64,000 bases of DNA from a virus: IMG/VR virus record IMGVR_UViG_3300021957_000004. One strand, written 5' to 3'. A program made the position numbers and the translations under genes. Shown piece after piece: positions 18,955 to 28,314 of this stretch. The notes below the pieces were generated by a model. The model had not been told where the DNA came from, ran no database searches, and saw only the letters and a program-made list of their open reading frames with translations. Position 1 is the first letter of the stretch. Each line of letters opens with the position of its first letter.

Positions 18955-19467
18955 ATGGAAAAATTAATCGAATATATTAACACCTTAGACTTAAAAATAA
19001 GTCAGGAAATGTTTGACCGACATGATGAAGAATATGCTACTACTAAACGTGGCTATTCTTCTCGTGCTAATCTGGATTCAGAATATCTAGAAGACATGGT
19101 CGTAGAAAATGTAAAAGGCGCTAAAGAAGTTACTGGCAAAGATAGATATTTTGCCGATATTAAATACAAAGGTATGGTTATAGACTTTAAAGAAATAGCT
19201 TCTGTTTGGTATAACTTACAACATGATTACATTAGATATATGGATGCTAACCGCAAAGGTAAGCTTACCCATTTTCTATTTTTTAAAAGCAATAGACTAA
19301 GATACGACAACAATCTTCCAGATGTTATCCCAGTAGATTATGATCTAAAGTTTGAATTTTTAGGTATTTACGATGTAGATACCGTTATGAGTGGATTGGA
19401 TAGAAACATGAAACGAGTGAATGTATATAATTTAGGAGACAATTATGGCAGGCGAATCAACATTTAA
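18955..19467 (+). CDS. Hypothetical protein, possible PD-(D/E)xK nuclease
   Basis: EYLE...FADIKY...IDFKEI. Confidence 0.45.
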   Translation: MEKLIEYINTLDLKISQEMFDRHDEEYATTKRGYSSRANLDSEYLEDMVVENVKGAKEVTGKDRYFADIKYKGMVIDFKEIASVWYNLQHDYIRYMDANRKGKLTHFLFFKSNRLRYDNNLPDVIPVDYDLKFEFLGIYDVDTVMSGLDRNMKRVNVYNLGDNYGRRINI

Positions 19468-20356
19468 AAAAGTAGGTATCACAGATACACTACATCATAG
19501 AATGGAAATACCAGAGGATTATCATGGTAAAGATATTATTATTGGTGATTGGTTGGGCGAAATATATCACACACCTACAGATCAATATTACACACAAAGT
19601 ACTAGATCACAATACTATTTTCCAGATGTAAAACCAGAAGGTGGATTCGATAAACATATTTGTCCAGGACATTGGTCTGGATATAGATGGGCAGTTCAAC
19701 AATTTACAAATCCTGGTGATTATGTTTTAGATCCTACAGTAGGTACAGGAACAGCAGTTGTAGAATCTATGAATCATGGAAGACATGGCGTAGGAATAGA
19801 ATTAGAATTCTCAGAGATTACAAGAAGAACAATTCAAGTACAAACAGACAGAGGTGCACCAGGTAATGGTACTATTATAGAAGGTGACGCTAGAGATCTA
19901 CACGAACACGTTGGAGATCAACAATTTGATATGGTAATTAATGGAACACCTTATCCAGTTCTTGGCGGTGGTCAATCAGATGCACCAGAAAGAGGTATGA
20001 CTTCTAAAGGTTTAGGAGCATCGATACAATATCAGAAAGATAAAAACGTTGGTGTTCTAAAAGGTAAAGTATACTGGGAAACCATACTAGAAATATATAC
20101 AGCTTCTATAGAGAAATTAAAACCAGGCGGAAAGTTTATTACGCTTATTAAAGATCCAACACAAAAGAAAGCTCCATGGTTATTACACAAAATGGTTGCT
20201 GAATTACTAATGGAAAATCTTCCAGTAAAACCTTATGGTACTTTTGTACACAAGCATTTGCCACAAACTTTGTTTATGAATACATATCCAAAACAATGGC
20301 CAGATGCAAAACAGATTCCCTTATATCAAACAGGTACAGTGCTTGAAAAATATTAG
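19445..20356 (+). CDS. SAM-dependent amino-methyltransferase-like protein with atypical motif IV
   Basis: VLDPTVGTGT, GIELE, GDAR, NGTPY in place of D/N/S-PPY, LKPGG. Confidence 0.75.
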   Translation: MAGESTFKKVGITDTLHHRMEIPEDYHGKDIIIGDWLGEIYHTPTDQYYTQSTRSQYYFPDVKPEGGFDKHICPGHWSGYRWAVQQFTNPGDYVLDPTVGTGTAVVESMNHGRHGVGIELEFSEITRRTIQVQTDRGAPGNGTIIEGDARDLHEHVGDQQFDMVINGTPYPVLGGGQSDAPERGMTSKGLGASIQYQKDKNVGVLKGKVYWETILEIYTASIEKLKPGGKFITLIKDPTQKKAPWLLHKMVAELLMENLPVKPYGTFVHKHLPQTLFMNTYPKQWPDAKQIPLYQTGTVLEKY

Positions 20357-20358
20357 GG

Positions 20359-20388
20359 GTTTACTTTTAACTAAAACTATGGTATAAT
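20359..20388 (+). promoter_or_regulatory. Early promoter, leaderless start of the modification operon
   Basis: GTTTAC-N18-TATAAT, 7 nt gap to ATG 20396. Confidence 0.85.
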
Positions 20389-20395
20389 ATACATT

Positions 20396-20743
20396 ATGAA
20401 ACCACTACACATACTTAAACAAGCCGCTGATCTTATAGCTAAGAAAGGCAATGACTACCAAAATCCTAAATCTAGGATTAGACAATCAGACTACTATCCA
20501 AATGGCGCACAAACCATTTTAGATATTATGACTGGCAAAGTTAATCGTATGCATTCTGTTTTGGATGCTATGAAAGACGATGAAAACTATATGGAAAACT
20601 TCGAATCACTACAAGATTCTGCAATAGATTTAATTAACTATTCTGCCTTCTTCTCATCATATTTAGATTATGATATTGACGGCCAAACCCCAGACAAAGA
20701 CATATTTAACAGGAACATAATCAGAGATGACAATAGCAAGTAA
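20396..20743 (+). CDS. Nucleotide-modification-associated domain 1 (Nmad1/DUF1599-like, MazG-like fold)
   Basis: KKGNDY...K..R...ESLQDSAIDLINYS. Confidence 0.7.
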   Translation: MKPLHILKQAADLIAKKGNDYQNPKSRIRQSDYYPNGAQTILDIMTGKVNRMHSVLDAMKDDENYMENFESLQDSAIDLINYSAFFSSYLDYDIDGQTPDKDIFNRNIIRDDNSK

Positions 20744-21458
20744 TTTAAAACTAGGATTACACGACTTAAGAAGTAATTTATTAAATCTTGGTTATGAAAT
20801 AGAAACCGAAAGATGGCAAGGTGGAACAGAACATCCTGCCTTCCTAGAAATATTACATGCAAGTATGAAAGCAAATATGTACGATAATGCAGAAGAAGCT
20901 AGTACAGAATTAAAAGCTACCCAACCATGGGCAGATATTCATTTCGACGAAAGAGTAGGTGGTATACCTTGCAATCCACCGCCATCACATACAATGTGGT
21001 TAAAAGACACAGATAAATATTTAATGGATACGGCTTTTTCACATAGCTATCCAGAAAGAATGTGGCAAGATACAGAACAAATGGGAGTTAGATTTAATAT
21101 AGCAGATCTAAACACAGCAGTTAAACTATTACAAAAAGAACCTAAAACAAGGCAATGTTATATACCAATCTGGTTTCCAGAAGATGGTACAGCCGCTCTC
21201 GCGGGCGAACGCGTCCCGTGCACGTTCGGGTGGCATTTTATGTTACGTGATGGTAAATTACATTGTGCATATCATATGCGATCATGCGATGTAATGCGAC
21301 ACTTACATAACGATTTATATTTCGCTAATAGGTTATGCTTATGGTTAATAGAACAATCAGGCTTAGATGCAGTACCAGGAATCATGCATTTCTCTGCTAG
21401 CTCTTTACATTGCTTTACAGTAGATAAATATGGACTTAACAATTTGGTAAATGAATAA
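20727..21458 (+). CDS. Thymidylate-synthase-superfamily enzyme with dCMP-type specificity residue
   Basis: Catalytic VPCT; MRSCDVMRHLHND has Asp at the position of E. coli ThyA Asn177; SLH. Confidence 0.85.
   Translation: MTIASNLKLGLHDLRSNLLNLGYEIETERWQGGTEHPAFLEILHASMKANMYDNAEEASTELKATQPWADIHFDERVGGIPCNPPPSHTMWLKDTDKYLMDTAFSHSYPERMWQDTEQMGVRFNIADLNTAVKLLQKEPKTRQCYIPIWFPEDGTAALAGERVPCTFGWHFMLRDGKLHCAYHMRSCDVMRHLHNDLYFANRLCLWLIEQSGLDAVPGIMHFSASSLHCFTVDKYGLNNLVNE
21192..21234. other. CpG-rich island over the TS catalytic codons
   Basis: gccgctctcgcgggcgaacgcgtcccgtgcacgttcgggtggc. Confidence 0.75.
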
Positions 21459-22774
21459 TGTGCGGATTTTTAATAAGCAATAGAACACAAACAACAGCTA
21501 ATGGAATGCAATCTCTTAAAGAGATGGAATACCGTGGGCTAAGAACTAAGTATCGTGGATATAAAACATGGAAAGATTATGATATGTTCCATACTGCTTT
21601 ACCTATGATCGATGCAGATCCAGCTATAGCAATCCAACCTATTCAATACGATGACGAACCACCTTCACTTTTTGTTGGTGAAATATTTAATTATAAAGAC
21701 TTTGGTGAATATGCAAGCGATGCTCATATGATACATCAAAGATATAGAGAAGAACTTTCACATGAATTCTTTCATAAGTTCGATGGCTTCTGGAGTTATG
21801 TTACATTTTTTAATGAACATCCAATTGCTTATACAGATTTCCTAGGTATTAAACCAATCTATTATCGTAAAGATGTAGAAGTTATGGCATCAGAACCTGA
21901 TGTACTAAAAGCCTATGGCCCAGTCACACCGGATGAAATATTCCATTCTAATGTTATGAAATGGGGTTATGATCCCCAAGGCGGAACACCATGGAATGAA
22001 ATACATCAACTAAAGCCTGGACACTTTTTATATAAAGGTCGAGAATATCCTTATTGGGATTGGGCTTCAGTTCCGGTGACCAATTTGTACGATGACCTAG
22101 CCTTAGCGGTTAAATTAAGATTAGGTGGATTCAGAGAAGCAGCCGTTCTACTGTCAGGTGGGTTAGACTCCACTATCGTATACCAACTTATTAAACAGCA
22201 AGGACTAAACGTTACAGCTATTCATGTTGATAACCACGAAGAAAAATATGCTAAGATGGTAGAAGCCGATTTAGTAAAAGTTACTTTAGAAGAGGTTAGC
22301 GATCAGGATGCTATTAGAATACACCAAAGCCCTGTAGATCTTGGATCAGTTAAACCACAAATTGCTATGGCAAGAAAGCTAAAAGAAGAAGGTTACCATA
22401 TGGTATTAACCGGCGATGGCGCAGATGAACTATTTGGTGGCTATAGAAGAGCAGAAGAATATGATTCTCAAATGTCAGATGTGTTCTGTGAATTACCTTT
22501 TTACCATTTGCCTAAGCTAGATAGAACTATGATGAGATCAACTGTAGAGCTACGTGCTCCATTCTTATCGCCAGCAGTTATAGTTCATGCATTATCTATT
22601 CCATACGAAGATAGAAACGGCGAAAAGAAAGTATTAAAAGAAACATTTAAAGATATTGTTCCACCTAAAATACTAAATCGTAAAAAAGAACCATTAAAGA
22701 CAGATGCTATACGTGAAGATAAAATGAAGCAAAGACAAATTAATAATAAAATATGGAGAGAGCTTTATGAGTGA
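21458..22774 (+). CDS. Asparagine synthetase B-like glutamine amidotransferase
   Basis: N-terminal MCG, GEIFNY, LGIKPIYY, LLSGGLDS, TGDGADELFGGY, ELRAPFL. Confidence 0.88.
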   Translation: MCGFLISNRTQTTANGMQSLKEMEYRGLRTKYRGYKTWKDYDMFHTALPMIDADPAIAIQPIQYDDEPPSLFVGEIFNYKDFGEYASDAHMIHQRYREELSHEFFHKFDGFWSYVTFFNEHPIAYTDFLGIKPIYYRKDVEVMASEPDVLKAYGPVTPDEIFHSNVMKWGYDPQGGTPWNEIHQLKPGHFLYKGREYPYWDWASVPVTNLYDDLALAVKLRLGGFREAAVLLSGGLDSTIVYQLIKQQGLNVTAIHVDNHEEKYAKMVEADLVKVTLEEVSDQDAIRIHQSPVDLGSVKPQIAMARKLKEEGYHMVLTGDGADELFGGYRRAEEYDSQMSDVFCELPFYHLPKLDRTMMRSTVELRAPFLSPAVIVHALSIPYEDRNGEKKVLKETFKDIVPPKILNRKKEPLKTDAIREDKMKQRQINNKIWRELYE

Positions 22775-23213
22775 TAAATGGGATAAAAGATACTTAGCTT
22801 TAGCTGAGCAGGTCGCTGGTTGGAGTAAAGATCCAAGTACGCAGGTTGGCGCAGTTGCTGTAAACGATCAAGGTAATGTTGTTGCTCAAGGATATAATGG
22901 ATTTCCAAGAGGCATAGAAGACACCGAATTAAGATATAATGACAGAGAGCTTAAATATAAATATGTGGTACATGCAGAAACAAACTGTATATACAATGCG
23001 GCATTTAATGGTAATTCATTAGATGGATGTACAATGTATGTTTGGCCATTACCAGTATGCCATGAATGTGCAAAAGCCATTATACAATCAGGAGTTTGCA
23101 GAGTTGTGTCCCCACAATTTACTAATTCCGAAACCGAGCTAAGATGGAAAGATTCATGCTCACAAACCCTGGATATGTTTGAAGAAGCTTATATCCAATA
23201 TGATTTCATTTAG
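22767..23213 (+). CDS. cd: dCMP deaminase
   Basis: SKDPSTQVGA, GYNGFPRG, HAE, PVCHEC. Confidence 0.93.
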   Translation: MSDKWDKRYLALAEQVAGWSKDPSTQVGAVAVNDQGNVVAQGYNGFPRGIEDTELRYNDRELKYKYVVHAETNCIYNAAFNGNSLDGCTMYVWPLPVCHECAKAIIQSGVCRVVSPQFTNSETELRWKDSCSQTLDMFEEAYIQYDFI

Positions 23214-23215
23214 GG

Positions 23216-23245
23216 GTTTACAAACACCTTAATCTGTGGTATAAT
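23216..23245 (+). promoter_or_regulatory. Early promoter
   Basis: GTTTAC-N18-TATAAT. Confidence 0.85.
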
Positions 23246-23276
23246 GTACCATACAAACAAATAATAAGAGGAATTA

Positions 23277-23528
23277 ATGCCAAGTATAAATTTAATGCCT
23301 AGGAAAAGACATCCTAAGGATAAAAGACCTTCTAGCCCAATGCCATTCGATATTGCGTTAAGAAAGTTTAGAAAGGCCTGCGATAGAGCAGGTATTGTTA
23401 ACGAAGTTCGTAAAAGAGAATTTTATGAAAAACCAACCGCAAAGCGCAAACGTAAAAAAGCAGAGGCAGTAGCCCGAACCAGAAAAGAAGAGCGTATGAA
23501 TAAACTAGGACCAGCAAGGAGATATTAA
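23277..23528 (+). CDS. rpsU: Ribosomal protein bS21 with N-terminal extension
   Basis: [10 protein letters not shown]...[23 protein letters not shown]. Confidence 0.92.
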   Translation: MPSINLMPRKRHPKDKRPSSPMPFDIALRKFRKACDRAGIVNEVRKREFYEKPTAKRKRKKAEAVARTRKEERMNKLGPARRY

Positions 23529-23529
23529 T

Positions 23530-24579
23530 ATGGGAATAATGGATAAACTAAAAAAGAATAGCAGGATTAAAGGTACAGCAGTACTAGAAGATTCTATTTA
23601 CTTTGGAGAAAAAGACGTAGTAACGACAGAAGTTCCTATGATTAATGTTGCTTTAAGTGGCGATATAGAAGGTGGGCTTACAAACGGTTTAACTGTTTTA
23701 GCAGGTCCAAGTAAACATTTTAAAACATCATTTGCCTTATTAATGGCAGGTGCTTATATGAAAGAACACGATGATGCAGTTCTAATGTTCTATGATTCAG
23801 AGTTTGGATCACCACAATCATATTTCGAATCATTCGGTATCGATACTTCAAGAGTATTACATACACCAATCACAGACGTAGAACAACTAAAATTCGATCT
23901 AGTTAACCAATTAGATGAGATAGAACGCGACGATAAAGTTATTATTATCATAGATTCTATTGGTAACTTAGCATCTAAAAAAGAATTAGAAGATGCTTTA
24001 AACGAAAAATCAGTTGCAGATATGTCAAGAGCTAAAGCTTTAAAGGGATTATTCAGGATGGTTACTCCTTATCTTACCATGAAGAATATCCCTTTGCTTG
24101 CTGTGAATCACACTTATCAAGAAATGGGATTATTTCCTAAAGCAATCGTATCAGGCGGAACAGGTATTTACTATTCAGCAGATAACATTTGGATTATAGG
24201 AAGACAACAACAAAAAGTTGGAACAGAAGTTAAAGGTTATAACTTTGTTATTAATGTAGAGAAATCTAGATTCGTAAAAGAAAAAAGCAAAGTACCTATT
24301 TCGGTTACCTGGGAAGGTGGCATTAGCCAATATAGTGGACTACTAGATGTAGCACTGGCAGGTGGATATGTACAAAAACCTAACGTTGGTTGGTATTGTA
24401 GAGTCGATAGAGAAACTGGCGAACTAGTACAACCAAAGGTTAGAGAGAAAGATACCCTCACAGAAGAATTCTGGGATCCAATATTCACTGGCACAGATTT
24501 TAAAAAGTTTGTTAAAGCCCACTACTCTATTGGACATAAACCAATGTTAGATGTAGAAATAGATTTACAAGAAGAGTAA
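23530..24579 (+). CDS. uvsX: RecA-like recombinase UvsX
   Basis: AGPSKHFKT, YDSEFG, DSIGNLAS, SGGTGIYYSA. Confidence 0.96.
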   Translation: MGIMDKLKKNSRIKGTAVLEDSIYFGEKDVVTTEVPMINVALSGDIEGGLTNGLTVLAGPSKHFKTSFALLMAGAYMKEHDDAVLMFYDSEFGSPQSYFESFGIDTSRVLHTPITDVEQLKFDLVNQLDEIERDDKVIIIIDSIGNLASKKELEDALNEKSVADMSRAKALKGLFRMVTPYLTMKNIPLLAVNHTYQEMGLFPKAIVSGGTGIYYSADNIWIIGRQQQKVGTEVKGYNFVINVEKSRFVKEKSKVPISVTWEGGISQYSGLLDVALAGGYVQKPNVGWYCRVDRETGELVQPKVREKDTLTEEFWDPIFTGTDFKKFVKAHYSIGHKPMLDVEIDLQEE

Positions 24580-24583
24580 AATA

Positions 24584-24916
24584 GTGTATAATATAACACA
24601 TAATGATTATACCTTTGTTGAACATGAGGATATCGATTTCTACGGAATTAGATTAAATAATAAATACAAAGGCGTAAAACTTATATACGGTAAAGTCGGG
24701 ATTAAAGAATCCCCTGAACTAGACATAGCAACTTTATCTTTTACATATCAGATCCAAGATCCATCAGATCACGATCATGACGAATTATGTAAAGATGAAT
24801 ATTTTAATAACTATATCGGAGCCGTTTTACAACATATAATTGATGAAGCGGTAGAAGACAAATTAAACGAGGATATAATTGGACATAACAAATCAAATAC
24901 AGACACATTCGCTTAA
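24584..24916 (+). CDS. Conserved protein in the gp40 position
   Basis: Size and location between uvsX and gp41. Confidence 0.5.
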   Translation: MYNITHNDYTFVEHEDIDFYGIRLNNKYKGVKLIYGKVGIKESPELDIATLSFTYQIQDPSDHDHDELCKDEYFNNYIGAVLQHIIDEAVEDKLNEDIIGHNKSNTDTFA

Positions 24917-26267
24917 TCACTTATTAAACAACGAGGATTATTGCAGGCGTGTTATACCTTTCTTAAAGAAAGAATACTTTGACGAATCACATAAAGTTGT
25001 ATTCGATCTTATGGTTAAGTTTGTTGCAGCTCATAACAAACTACCTACAGCCAAAGTTCTAGAGTTAGAACTACAAAAACTAAAACTACCGCATGAACAA
25101 TTAAATTCATCTGCGGTATTAATTAATGAGCTAAGAACTAAATCAGATGTTGATACTGAATATTTAATTAATGAAACTGAGAAATGGTGCAAAGAAAAAG
25201 CAGTCTATAATGCTATTATGGAATCCATTCAGATCATTGATGGTAAAACCGAAAAGAGCGACGGAGCTATCCCAGAGATATTATCCGAAGCTCTTGGTAC
25301 ATCTTTCGACCAAGCTATTGGTCATGATTATATTGACAACTCAGATGATAGGTTTGATTTCTATAATAAGAAAGAAAACAGAATACCATTTGATCTAGAT
25401 TATATGAATAAGATTACGAAGGGAGGCTTACCCAATAAGACCTTAAACATTGCGCTAGCAGGTACCGGCGTGGGTAAGTCCCTATTCATGTGTCATTGTG
25501 CAGCATCTAATTTACAACTCGGCAAAAACGTTTTATACATTACAATGGAAATGGCAGAAGAACGTATAGCAGAAAGAATAGATGCTAACCTAATGGATTA
25601 TCCAATACAATCTCTTGGTACTTTACCAAAGAATGTGTTTAACAGTAAGATCGAAAAGATTGCTCAGGCATCTATCGGTAAGCTTATTGTTAAAGAATAT
25701 CCAACAGGCGCAGCACACACTGGACATTTCAGAGCTTTACTCAATGAGTTAAAGCTAAAAAAGAACTTCAAGCCCGATATAATTTATATCGATTACTTGA
25801 ACATTTGTGCTTCTTCCCGTATGCGTGGGCTCGGAGGAAGTATAAATAGTTATTCGTACATCAAAGCTATCGCAGAGGAAATGCGTGGTCTTGCTGTCGA
25901 ATTTAATGTGCCGATAATGTCAGCAACCCAGACCACGAGGTCTGGATTCGGTAATACCGACGTTGGCTTAGAGGACACTTCGGAATCATTTGGATTACCG
26001 GCGACAGCTGATCTAATGTTTGCTCTAATATCTACAGAGGAACTTGATGAGCTAGGTCAAATTCTGGTAAAACAGTTGAAGAATCGTTATAACGATCCGA
26101 CCAAATACAAACGCTTTGTTATTGGTATAGATCGTTCCCGCATGAAACTATACGATGTAGAGGAATCCGCTCAGACAGATATTATGTCTGACATGATACC
26201 GGATAAACCAATAAATAATTTTGGTAATAGGGATTCGAAAGATACCTTTACCGATTTTAAAATATAG
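24879..26267 (+). CDS. gp41: Replicative DnaB-like helicase gp41
   Basis: AGTGVGKS, TMEM, IDYLN, SATQ, QLKNRY. Confidence 0.96.
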   Translation: MDITNQIQTHSLNHLLNNEDYCRRVIPFLKKEYFDESHKVVFDLMVKFVAAHNKLPTAKVLELELQKLKLPHEQLNSSAVLINELRTKSDVDTEYLINETEKWCKEKAVYNAIMESIQIIDGKTEKSDGAIPEILSEALGTSFDQAIGHDYIDNSDDRFDFYNKKENRIPFDLDYMNKITKGGLPNKTLNIALAGTGVGKSLFMCHCAASNLQLGKNVLYITMEMAEERIAERIDANLMDYPIQSLGTLPKNVFNSKIEKIAQASIGKLIVKEYPTGAAHTGHFRALLNELKLKKNFKPDIIYIDYLNICASSRMRGLGGSINSYSYIKAIAEEMRGLAVEFNVPIMSATQTTRSGFGNTDVGLEDTSESFGLPATADLMFALISTEELDELGQILVKQLKNRYNDPTKYKRFVIGIDRSRMKLYDVEESAQTDIMSDMIPDKPINNFGNRDSKDTFTDFKI

Positions 26268-26279
26268 AGGAAAAAAAAT

Positions 26280-26462
26280 ATGGACGTATTATTAAACGCC
26301 AAAAACTGGTTACTCGATCGAGTAAAAGAAAGAACTTCACATGATGGAATCTTATTGATTGCATGTTGTGGGTCTGTGCTTTTATTTGGTGGACTTGCCA
26401 AACTACTCGCATGGGTAGGATTATTATGGGGTGTATACACACTCGTAGGGAAGGAGAGCTAA
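26280..26462 (+). CDS. Small two-TM membrane protein
   Basis: RVKERTSHDG followed by hydrophobic segments. Confidence 0.65.
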   Translation: MDVLLNAKNWLLDRVKERTSHDGILLIACCGSVLLFGGLAKLLAWVGLLWGVYTLVGKES

Positions 26463-26463
26463 T

Positions 26464-27087
26464 ATGTTTAAGAAATTATTAATGCCATTATTTGTGGCAA
26501 CTTGTTTCTCACCTTTCACGTTTGCTGATGTTTCAGGTAAAGTTGGAGTAATGTCTGACTATATGTGGAGAGGGCAAACACAATCCATGGGAGATACTTC
26601 CTACAATCTAGGCATAGATTATAATCACGACAACGGATTATACGGAAGCGCTTGGATGGGACAGGTCGACTTTGGAGACGAAGCTGAATGGGAATATGAT
26701 TTAGCAGTAGGATATAATCTTACCGTTACTGATAATCTTTCACTCGGTGGTGGAGTTATACAATACTCTTATAATGAAGGCTATGATGATATTGAAGAGC
26801 TTTTTGTTAACGCAAGTTACAAGAACTCAAGTATATATTACTATGTAGATAGCGACAACTCAGATAATACATATATGGAATTTACGCAACATCTTGCGTT
26901 TCTTTCAGATGTACCTGGGGATTTCTATGTTAAATATGGCGACTTTAACAATGGGGATGATTGGGCAGCGCTCAAGTATTCCAACATGGTAGCTCCGAAT
27001 GTACAATTAAGTTTGCACATTATGGATGGAGTTAGACATGGAGATGCCACAGATAGCATGGTACTAGCTATGCATTACCTTTTCTAA
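26464..27087 (+). CDS. TorF/Gcw_chp-like outer-membrane beta-barrel porin
   Basis: Signal peptide, SDYMWRGQTQS, EYDLAVGY, C-terminal Y-x-F. Confidence 0.8.
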   Translation: MFKKLLMPLFVATCFSPFTFADVSGKVGVMSDYMWRGQTQSMGDTSYNLGIDYNHDNGLYGSAWMGQVDFGDEAEWEYDLAVGYNLTVTDNLSLGGGVIQYSYNEGYDDIEELFVNASYKNSSIYYYVDSDNSDNTYMEFTQHLAFLSDVPGDFYVKYGDFNNGDDWAALKYSNMVAPNVQLSLHIMDGVRHGDATDSMVLAMHYLF

Positions 27088-27113
27088 AAGAATCGGGAAT
27101 TTATATCATAACG

Positions 27114-27149
27114 AAGCCAGGTAGGAATTCTCTTATCTGGCTTTTTTTT
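27114..27149 (+). terminator. Rho-independent terminator
   Basis: aagccagg...tctggc followed by a T run. Confidence 0.8.
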
Positions 27150-27222
27150 ACGTCACGATTACGTGAATTTTTCAAATTAATTGCAATTAGGGGTTTACAA
27201 GCCTCCTCTTTTATGGTATAAT
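27150..27222 (+). promoter_or_regulatory. Early promoter with GTCAC-N6-GTGAA element
   Basis: GTCAC 27152, GTGAA 27163, GTTTAC 27193, TATAAT 27217. Confidence 0.85.
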
Positions 27223-27256
27223 ACACCTATCATTTAAAATAATATAGGAGTTAAAA

Positions 27257-27571
27257 ATGAAAAAAGCAAAATCAACTTACAACGGACTTAACTGGGATAC
27301 CACCGGTAAGATTGCGGTTGAGATAAATGGCCTTGATAACATGCAAGATCTAAACGATATAATTGCAGTTCTGAAAGCTAAACAAAAAGCCCTAAGAAAT
27401 GAATTGGCTAGAACAGCTAGATCCCAATTCTCTATTGGTGATAAAGTTTCAGTTAAAGCCAAAGGCAGAATCTTAAAAGGTTCTATTATGGAAATTAAAA
27501 TAAAAAATGCTACCGTTAAAATTAACGACATTCTTTATAATGTTCCACTATCAATTATGGAGGCAGCGTAA
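27257..27571 (+). CDS. Early hypothetical protein, SH3/KOW-like C-terminus
   Basis: AGGAG SD; FSIGDKVSV. Confidence 0.65.
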   Translation: MKKAKSTYNGLNWDTTGKIAVEINGLDNMQDLNDIIAVLKAKQKALRNELARTARSQFSIGDKVSVKAKGRILKGSIMEIKIKNATVKINDILYNVPLSIMEAA

Positions 27572-27801
27572 TGTACGATAAACCAATTATTAAACCAAAT
27601 CTTTTAAAGATGACACACCTCGCAACAGGATACCCTGTAGAGGTAGAACTATCAGATGCTGAAATGACTTTAGCTAAAGACAAATCAGATAGCATGAACG
27701 CATCATGGGAAATTATGTGTAATTCTGTACAGTGGAGAACTGGAATAGAAATCATAGGTCAAATGGAGCTTGATAGCTTAGGCGGGAGACCATGTCACTA
27801 A
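27571..27801 (+). CDS. Early hypothetical protein
   Basis: GGAGG SD, coupled start. Confidence 0.65.
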   Translation: MYDKPIIKPNLLKMTHLATGYPVEVELSDAEMTLAKDKSDSMNASWEIMCNSVQWRTGIEIIGQMELDSLGGRPCH

Positions 27802-28163
27802 TGAGAGCTGAAATAGATACACTAATCGAAGACATTAAATCTGACTTTGTAAAATTCGCAAACGGAGATGAAAGACAAATAGATTCTTTTAATAACAATA
27901 TAAGAATTAGCGAAGGTTCTAAGTATATTAAGATCGAAACAGGAACATCTGTTTGGGGTTTTATAAATAAGACTAACAAGAATTTTCATCCAGGTGATAT
28001 ATTTAAATCCAAGAATTGGAAAACACCTACGTTGAACAGAGCAAGAGGTAATATACTTTCTGGCAAATATGTAGTTAGATGGACTGGTCCTTTATATCTA
28101 CATGATATAGCTGGTAAAGGTTTTTATAGTTGGCAATCAGATGAACTTGCAAGAAAATCTTAA
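27792..28163 (+). CDS. Early conserved phage hypothetical protein
   Basis: KYIKI...SVWGFI...GDIFKS..WKTP...ARGNI. Confidence 0.7.
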   Translation: MSLMRAEIDTLIEDIKSDFVKFANGDERQIDSFNNNIRISEGSKYIKIETGTSVWGFINKTNKNFHPGDIFKSKNWKTPTLNRARGNILSGKYVVRWTGPLYLHDIAGKGFYSWQSDELARKS

Positions 28164-28314
28164 TAAAGTCTGGGAATGCATAGAGTCATTCGATACGGAA
28201 AAAGAAAGAACTCATAGAAGATGGGTTCTTAAAGACCGTAAAGAAAACGTCCAGAATCTAGTAGATTTTCAATTGGATGAAAAATTTAACCTGAGGTATG
28301 AAATATGGAAATAA
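28141..28314 (+). CDS. 57-aa hypothetical protein, not in ORF track
   Basis: MNLQENLNKVWEC...YEIWK fills the gap and overlaps both neighbours. Confidence 0.45.
   Translation: MNLQENLNKVWECIESFDTEKERTHRRWVLKDRKENVQNLVDFQLDEKFNLRYEIWK

Noticed and set aside
21458-22774. Plain asparagine-biosynthesis gene asnB
   Set aside because: Shorter than typical AsnB and translationally coupled between nucleotide-metabolism genes, so no gene symbol was assigned
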